Shown: positions 39,982 to 45,153 of the stretch, in pieces
How the letters are laid out: each line of letters opens with the position of its first letter
How positions within the stretch are numbered: position 1 is the first letter of the stretch
NCBI GenBank assembly: GCA_040905465.1
Contig: JBBDRK010000027.1
Span: 1-45,153, forward strand
Direction: 5' to 3'
Source of the DNA: Trueperaceae bacterium
GTDB lineage: Bacteria > Deinococcota > Deinococci > Deinococcales > Trueperaceae
Length of the DNA stretch: 45,153 bases
Made by a program: the position numbers and the translations under genes
Notes under the pieces: model-generated
What the model was told of the DNA's origin: nothing
Databases searched by the model: none
Seen by the model: only the letters and a program-made list of their open reading frames with translations

Positions 39982-41418
39982 ATGACCATGCTGGCATCGA
40001 TCGAACGTCGGTTCATCACCGATGACTGGCACGAGAGCGAACGCACGTTCTCGGTGATTAGCCCGGTGGACGGCAAGCCTCTGGCCGAGATCGCCGACTG
40101 CGGCCCGGAGGAGGCCCGCCAGGCGGCGTCGATCGCCTGGGAGGCGTTCGTGCGCTGGAGGGCAACGACCGCGTTCGAGCGCAGCGACATCCTGTTGCGC
40201 TGGCACGACCTGATGCTCGAGAACCGCGAGGAGTTGGCCCGCCTGATGAGCAGGGAGATGGGCAAGCCGGTTCGCGAGGCGCGCGGAGAGGTGGCGTACG
40301 CGGCCGGTTTCGTGAAGTGGTACGCCGAGGAGGCAAAGCGCACCTACGGCAGCGTGATCCCCAGTCATGCGCCCGGCAAGCGCCTGCTTGCGATGCATCA
40401 ACCGGTCGGCCCGGTTTTCGCGATCACTCCCTGGAACTTCCCGGCCGCCATGATCACCCGCAAGGCGGCTCCCGCCCTGGCGGCCGGCTGCACCATGATC
40501 GTCAAGCCGGCCGAACAGACCCCGCTGTCGGCGCTGCGCCTGGCCGAGTTGTGGCAGCAGGCCGGAGGACCGGCCGGAACCCTTCAGGTACTGCCGGCGC
40601 TCGACCCGGTACCGCTGTCCGACGCGCTCTTCGAAGACCCCCGGATTCGCAAGATCACCTTTACCGGGTCGACCGAGGTCGGCAAGATCCTCTACCGGAA
40701 GTCTGCGGACACAGTCAAGAAGATCTCGCTCGAGTTGGGCGGACACGCGCCCTATCTGGTTTTCGCGGACGCCGACATCGACCTCGCGGTGCGGGAGGTA
40801 ATCGCCTGCAAGTTCCGCAACGCCGGTCAGACCTGCGTATGCGCCAACCGCATCTACGTGCAGGCGCCGATCCTGGAGGAGTTCACCGAGCAGTTCGTGG
40901 AGGCGACCCGCGCGCTGCGCATGGGCGATCCGCTGGAAGACGACAGCGACATCGGGCCGCTGGTCGATCGCCAGGGCCTCGACAAGGTCGTCGCGCACGT
41001 AAAGGACGCCGTGTCAAAGGGGGCTCGCGTAGCGCTGGGCGGATCGGCGGCCGACGGGCTCTACTTCCAACCGACGGTACTTACCGATGTGAGCGCCAAC
41101 ATGCGCCTGATGGGCGAGGAGACCTTCGGCCCGGTAGCGCCGCTGCTGTCGTTCGAGACGGAAGACGAGGCGGTGGCGATGGCGAACGACACGCCGTACG
41201 GCCTCGCCGGATACCTCTACACCAACGACCTCTCGCGCGCATTCCGGGTCTCGGAAGCCTTGGAGTACGGGATAGTCGGGGTGAACGACGGAATTCCCGC
41301 CGTCCCGCACACTCCGTTCGGGGGCGTGAAGCAGTCCGGCCTGGGCCGCGAGGGAGGGCCGTGGGGCATCGACGAGTATCTGGAGATCAAGTACATCTCG
41401 ATGGGGCTGCCGCACTGA
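39982..41418 (+). CDS. gabD: NAD(P)-dependent succinate-semialdehyde dehydrogenase
   Basis: ITPWNFP, KPAEQTP, FTGSTEVG, LELGG, KFRNAGQTCVC, EETFGP, FGGVKQSG. Leaderless start TACACT-N5-ATG at 39982 (alternative 39961). Confidence 0.93.
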   Translation: MTMLASIERRFITDDWHESERTFSVISPVDGKPLAEIADCGPEEARQAASIAWEAFVRWRATTAFERSDILLRWHDLMLENREELARLMSREMGKPVREARGEVAYAAGFVKWYAEEAKRTYGSVIPSHAPGKRLLAMHQPVGPVFAITPWNFPAAMITRKAAPALAAGCTMIVKPAEQTPLSALRLAELWQQAGGPAGTLQVLPALDPVPLSDALFEDPRIRKITFTGSTEVGKILYRKSADTVKKISLELGGHAPYLVFADADIDLAVREVIACKFRNAGQTCVCANRIYVQAPILEEFTEQFVEATRALRMGDPLEDDSDIGPLVDRQGLDKVVAHVKDAVSKGARVALGGSAADGLYFQPTVLTDVSANMRLMGEETFGPVAPLLSFETEDEAVAMANDTPYGLAGYLYTNDLSRAFRVSEALEYGIVGVNDGIPAVPHTPFGGVKQSGLGREGGPWGIDEYLEIKYISMGLPH

Positions 41419-41813
41419 GCGATACGCACGCCGGCCTGAACGAGTCGACCGCGGCCGAGCCGTCAGTCGAGCTGACGCCCGAGCAGGTGGTCGAGGCCGT
41501 CCTCGCGGCCTGCCGCGTCTCGGCGGGCGAAGCCGCCGCGGTGCTCTGGGCATTCGGCTCGGGGCGCCTCAGGCGCAGTGCCGGGGCGCCAGAACACCTG
41601 ATCCGTCACCTCGGCAACGAACTCTTTCGGCCGCTGCTCGAGGCGACGGAGACCTCCTGCGCGCCCATGGAGCGCCTGGATGACGCGGCCCGACAGATCG
41701 TTACCGTCCGAGCTGCCCGCGGCGACCGGGTCCCGTTCCTGTTCGCGCTCGCCCGATCGGACGCCGGCGACCAACCGGGTTGTTGGCTGGTGAGCGGGCT
41801 CGAACGGGCGTAA
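41415..41813 (+). CDS. Small DUF4864-like protein; start uncertain (CTG 41415 or GTG 41487)
   Basis: P..L.PEQVV...L.A ... AF.S ... F.PLL ... A.Q.V.V...G....F.F.L.R....G...GCWLV.G pattern. Confidence 0.6.
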   Translation: MSDTHAGLNESTAAEPSVELTPEQVVEAVLAACRVSAGEAAAVLWAFGSGRLRRSAGAPEHLIRHLGNELFRPLLEATETSCAPMERLDDAARQIVTVRAARGDRVPFLFALARSDAGDQPGCWLVSGLERA

Positions 41814-41831
41814 TCAGGGCTCCGTCCAGCG

Positions 41832-42341
41832 CTAGCGGCTTGCAGCCGCCCGCACCCGTACAGGAATCTCCACTCGCCGGGAATCGCCGCCGCGGGCAAC
41901 GATTTCGCCGGTGACGGTCGTCACGCCCAACTCCGCGTCGGCCGGCACGCGCAGCCTCAACACCGGTGAAATCCGATACTCGATCTCGCCGGTCTCCCGC
42001 CCGTATCGCGTCACGGTAGTGCGGTGCGCACGGACCTCGGCGAGTTCCAGGCTCCACCTGATCGGCACCCTGGCGTTGCGAAAGGAAAAGCGTGTGGCAA
42101 GGTTGGAGCTCTCCTGATCGACCCCGGCAGGAATCCAGAAGGAGCCGGCGAGGTCGGGGCGCTCGAGACCGAAGTCGGACAGCGAGAAGTCCCTGCGCAA
42201 GTACAGTTCGTTTCCCCGCTCCATTTCGATCTGCTGGCTCGGTTCGACGACCAGGGCGTCACGGGCGCTCGAGCCCCTGACGCTCGGTGCGCAGGCGCCA
42301 AGCAGCAGAATCAGCGGTGCGATAAATCTGAGCATCATCAT
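41832..42341 (-). CDS. Hypothetical lipoprotein
   Basis: GAGGAG RBS, signal MMMLRFIAPLILLLGA-C lipobox, beta-rich mature part. Confidence 0.78.
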   Translation of the reverse strand: MMMLRFIAPLILLLGACAPSVRGSSARDALVVEPSQQIEMERGNELYLRRDFSLSDFGLERPDLAGSFWIPAGVDQESSNLATRFSFRNARVPIRWSLELAEVRAHRTTVTRYGRETGEIEYRISPVLRLRVPADAELGVTTVTGEIVARGGDSRRVEIPVRVRAAASR

Positions 42342-42508
42342 CAAGATCTCCTCGTTGCTGTTCCGGCAGGCCGGAGGGTCACAGTGCCGGCGCGATTCTT
42401 TCCGGGCCCCGGCACGACGAATCGACACACTGCGCCCGGTCGCTACTCCCAGGATGACACGGCGTGCAGCCCCTCCCGTCATCTCCGGCGGTGGGTCACA
42501 ATGGTGCC

Positions 42509-44122
42509 ATGGAAGACTTCGAGGCGGCCGAGCTGGCGGCAATAGGTATCGAAGATGTTGCGGCGGCCGAACGGCTTGCCGGCCTTAGCTACACCGAGGA
42601 GGAGAGGTGGCTGCTGCTGGACAGAGTCCGCGAGCAGATTGCCGGTTTCAGGGAGGCGCGCCAGGTGGCGCTACCCAACGGCCTGGACCCGGCAGTCCGC
42701 TTCGATCCACGTCCGGCCGCCGCCCGCAGGACCCCGCACTTGCCGGCGCCGCCGGAGTTCTCCGGCGAAGGATCGTGCGCCCCCGCGAGCACCGAAGAAC
42801 TCGCGTTCCTTCCGCTGGGGCGGCTCGCGGGGCTGCTGCGCGCCGGCCATACCACCTCCGTCGAGCTCACCCGCTTGGCACTGGAGCGACTGAGCAGGCA
42901 CGGACCTCGGTTGCGCTGCCTCGTCACCCTGACGGAAGAACTTGCGATCGAACAGGCACAGCGGGCCGACCGGGAGTTGGCGGCGGGCACGGACCGGGGC
43001 GCGCTGCACGGCATTCCCTGGGGCGCCAAGGACCTGCTGGCGGTGCCGGGTTATCCCACTTCCTGGGGGGCGGGTCCATTCCGCGAGCAGTACTTCGACC
43101 GGCCGGCCACGGTTGTGGAGAGGCTCGAACAGGCCGGCGCGGTGCTGGTCGCCAAGCTGTCGCTGGGCGAACTGGCGATGGGGGACGTCTGGTTCGGGGG
43201 CATGACCCTCAATCCCTGGAACCCCGCACAGGGCTCCTCCGGCTCCTCGGCCGGCTCGTCGGCCGCCGTCGCCGCCGGCCTGGTTCCCTTTGCAATCGGC
43301 TCCGAGACGATGGGCTCGATCGTCAGTCCGGCGACCCGCTGCGGAGTCGTCGGCCTTCGTCCCAGCGCCAACCTGGTGTCACGGCACGGTGCCATGGCGC
43401 TGGCCTGGAGCCTGGACAAACTGGGGCCGATAGCCCGCGGAGTCGAGGACTGCGCCCTGGTGCTACAAGCGATCGCCGGGCCAGACGGGCGCGACGTCTC
43501 GGTGGTGGACCACGGATTCGAATGGGACAGCAGGCAACGGGCGGAAAATCTGCGGGTAGGTTACGTGGATGAGGCGTTTGAGGGTGAGGACCCGGCGGGT
43601 GAACGAAATCGCGCGCTGCTGGCGGAACTGCGGGATCGTGGTGTCGAACCGAAGCCGCTGGCCCTGCCGATGTTTGCGTCGGAGCCGATCATGACGGTGC
43701 TGATGGTGGAGGCGGCCGCGGCGTTCGACCGGTTCACCAGAACGGACGTCGACGACCAGCTGGCGCAGCAAGGTCACGGTGCCTGGCCCAACCTGCTGAG
43801 GGCAGCCCGGTTGGTTCCGGCGGTGGAATACGTGCAGGCAAACCGTTTGCGTGCGTTGGCGGTGCAACAGATGGGTGCCCTGTTCGCCGAGGTCGATGCC
43901 TATCTGTGCCCATCGTCGCACCACGCCAATCTGTATCTCACCAACGCCACCGGAAACCCCTGCGTGGCAGTCCCTTCCGGCTTCGACGAGCAGCGGGTTC
44001 CGGTTCAATCGACCATGACGGTCACCGCTGGCCTGTTCGGTGAGCAGGAGGCGCTGACCGTTGCCCGCGAGGTAGAAGCGGCGCTGGGCGCACGGCCGGA
44101 GCCGGATCCGAGCCGTTGGTAG
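42509..44122 (+). CDS. Amidase signature family enzyme
   Basis: LHGIPWGAKDL (catalytic Lys), GSSGSSAGS, GSETMGSI (catalytic Ser). Confidence 0.93.
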   Translation: MEDFEAAELAAIGIEDVAAAERLAGLSYTEEERWLLLDRVREQIAGFREARQVALPNGLDPAVRFDPRPAAARRTPHLPAPPEFSGEGSCAPASTEELAFLPLGRLAGLLRAGHTTSVELTRLALERLSRHGPRLRCLVTLTEELAIEQAQRADRELAAGTDRGALHGIPWGAKDLLAVPGYPTSWGAGPFREQYFDRPATVVERLEQAGAVLVAKLSLGELAMGDVWFGGMTLNPWNPAQGSSGSSAGSSAAVAAGLVPFAIGSETMGSIVSPATRCGVVGLRPSANLVSRHGAMALAWSLDKLGPIARGVEDCALVLQAIAGPDGRDVSVVDHGFEWDSRQRAENLRVGYVDEAFEGEDPAGERNRALLAELRDRGVEPKPLALPMFASEPIMTVLMVEAAAAFDRFTRTDVDDQLAQQGHGAWPNLLRAARLVPAVEYVQANRLRALAVQQMGALFAEVDAYLCPSSHHANLYLTNATGNPCVAVPSGFDEQRVPVQSTMTVTAGLFGEQEALTVAREVEAALGARPEPDPSRW

Positions 44123-44146
44123 CCTCAACTGAGACGAGGAGACGAC

Positions 44147-45153
44147 ATGAGCATTGACTTGAACACGGACACGAAGGCGCCTGCGCCGCACGTTGCCGAC
44201 AACTTCGATCTGATCCGGGTACGGGGTGCGCGCGAGAACAACCTCAAGGACATCAGCGTCGAGATCCCCAAGCGCCGGCTGACGGTATTCACCGGTATCT
44301 CCGGCTCGGGCAAGAGCTCGCTGGTGTTCGACACTATCGCCGCGGAATCGCAGCGGTTGATAAATGAAACCTACAGTGCGTTCGTACAGGGACTGATGCC
44401 GACCCTGGCCCGACCCGAGGTCGACGTACTCGACGGGTTGACGACCGCGATCATTGTCGACCAGCAGCGAATGGGTGCCGGTGCCCGCTCCACAGTCGGC
44501 ACCGCCACCGACGCCAACGCGATGCTGCGCATCCTCTTCAGCCGCCTCGGGCAGCCGCACATCGGCCCGCCGAACGCTTTCTCGTTCAACGTCGCCTCGG
44601 TCCGGGCGAGCGGTGCGATCACCGTCGAGCGCGGCGCCGGCAAGACCCAGACGAAGAAGGCGACCTTCAACCGTCTCGGCGGCATGTGTCCGCGCTGCGA
44701 GGGCATGGGCTCGGTCACCGACTTCGACCTTTCCGCGCTGTTCGACGACAGCTTGTCGCTGAACGAGGGTGCGCTCACCATCCCCGGCTATAGCATGGAC
44801 GGCTGGTACGGCCGCATCTTCCGCGGCTGCGGCTTCTTCGACCCCGACAAGCCGATCCGCAAGTTCAACAAGAAGGAGCTGCACGCCCTGCTCCACAAGG
44901 AGCCGACCAAGATCAAGGTCGACGGGATCAATCTCACCTACGAGGGTCTGATCCCCAAGATTCAGAAGTCGTTGCTGTCCAAGGACATCGACTCGCTGCA
45001 GCCGCACATCCGCACCTTCGTGGAGCGCGCCGTCACCTTCACCGTCTGCCCCGAGTGCGGCGGTACCCGGCTCAGCGAGGCCGCTCGATCTTCGAAGATC
45101 GAGGGGATCAGCATCGCCGACGCCTGCGCGATGCAGATCAGCGACCTGGCCGA
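44147..45153 (+). CDS. Class II UvrA (UvrA2/DrrC-like) ABC ATPase, truncated by the window end
   Basis: Hand translation gives MSIDLNTD...IRVRGARENNLKDISVEIPKRRLTVFTGISGSGKSSLVFDTIAAESQR, with CPRCEG and CPECGG Zn motifs. GAGGAG RBS. Absent from the ORF track because it has no stop in the window. Confidence 0.93.
   Translation, partial: MSIDLNTDTKAPAPHVADNFDLIRVRGARENNLKDISVEIPKRRLTVFTGISGSGKSSLVFDTIAAESQRLINETYSAFVQGLMPTLARPEVDVLDGLTTAIIVDQQRMGAGARSTVGTATDANAMLRILFSRLGQPHIGPPNAFSFNVASVRASGAITVERGAGKTQTKKATFNRLGGMCPRCEGMGSVTDFDLSALFDDSLSLNEGALTIPGYSMDGWYGRIFRGCGFFDPDKPIRKFNKKELHALLHKEPTKIKVDGINLTYEGLIPKIQKSLLSKDIDSLQPHIRTFVERAVTFTVCPECGGTRLSEAARSSKIEGISIADACAMQISDLA

Noticed and set aside
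38163..40343. 726-aa minus-strand ORF
   Set aside because: Antisense shadow of mgtE and gabD, typical of high-GC DNA, with no recognisable domain.
43463..45007. 514-aa minus-strand ORF
   Set aside because: Antisense to the amidase and uvrA-like genes, which carry the real motifs.

Overview
GC-rich bacterial chromosomal segment, most likely Deinococcota (Trueperaceae-like; inferred from gene content and the many leaderless TAnnnT-N5/6-ATG starts). It holds about 42 mostly housekeeping CDSs: nif3-like/tmk/glutaminyl cyclase, gpsA, an ABC-2 exporter, metH, metF, M32 carboxypeptidase, panE, a GGDEF protein, sseA, trmH, mscL, lptB with a DUF3084-like coiled-coil gene, aceE-aceF, a LacI-controlled sugar ABC/glycosidase operon, two TerC genes (one behind a yybP-ykoY Mn riboswitch), mtnN, HU, mgtE, gabD, an amidase and a class II uvrA cut by the window end. 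I found no intact mobile element, CRISPR array, tRNA or rRNA gene, although the left edge looks like an rRNA promoter and leader. I cannot support a clearly new multi-gene system. The best leads are: an unrecognised structured leader upstream of metH; a chimeric decayed ATPase/antitoxin/VapC relic; phased TGCAACC repeats resembling integrase arm sites; a 4x21-bp array before gabD; lptB coupled to a long predicted periplasmic coiled coil; a lipoprotein glutaminyl cyclase with a candidate Gln-starting substrate; and an SD-like sequence plus hairpin flanking the sugar-binding-protein gene. All family calls come from motif recognition by eye, with no database searches.
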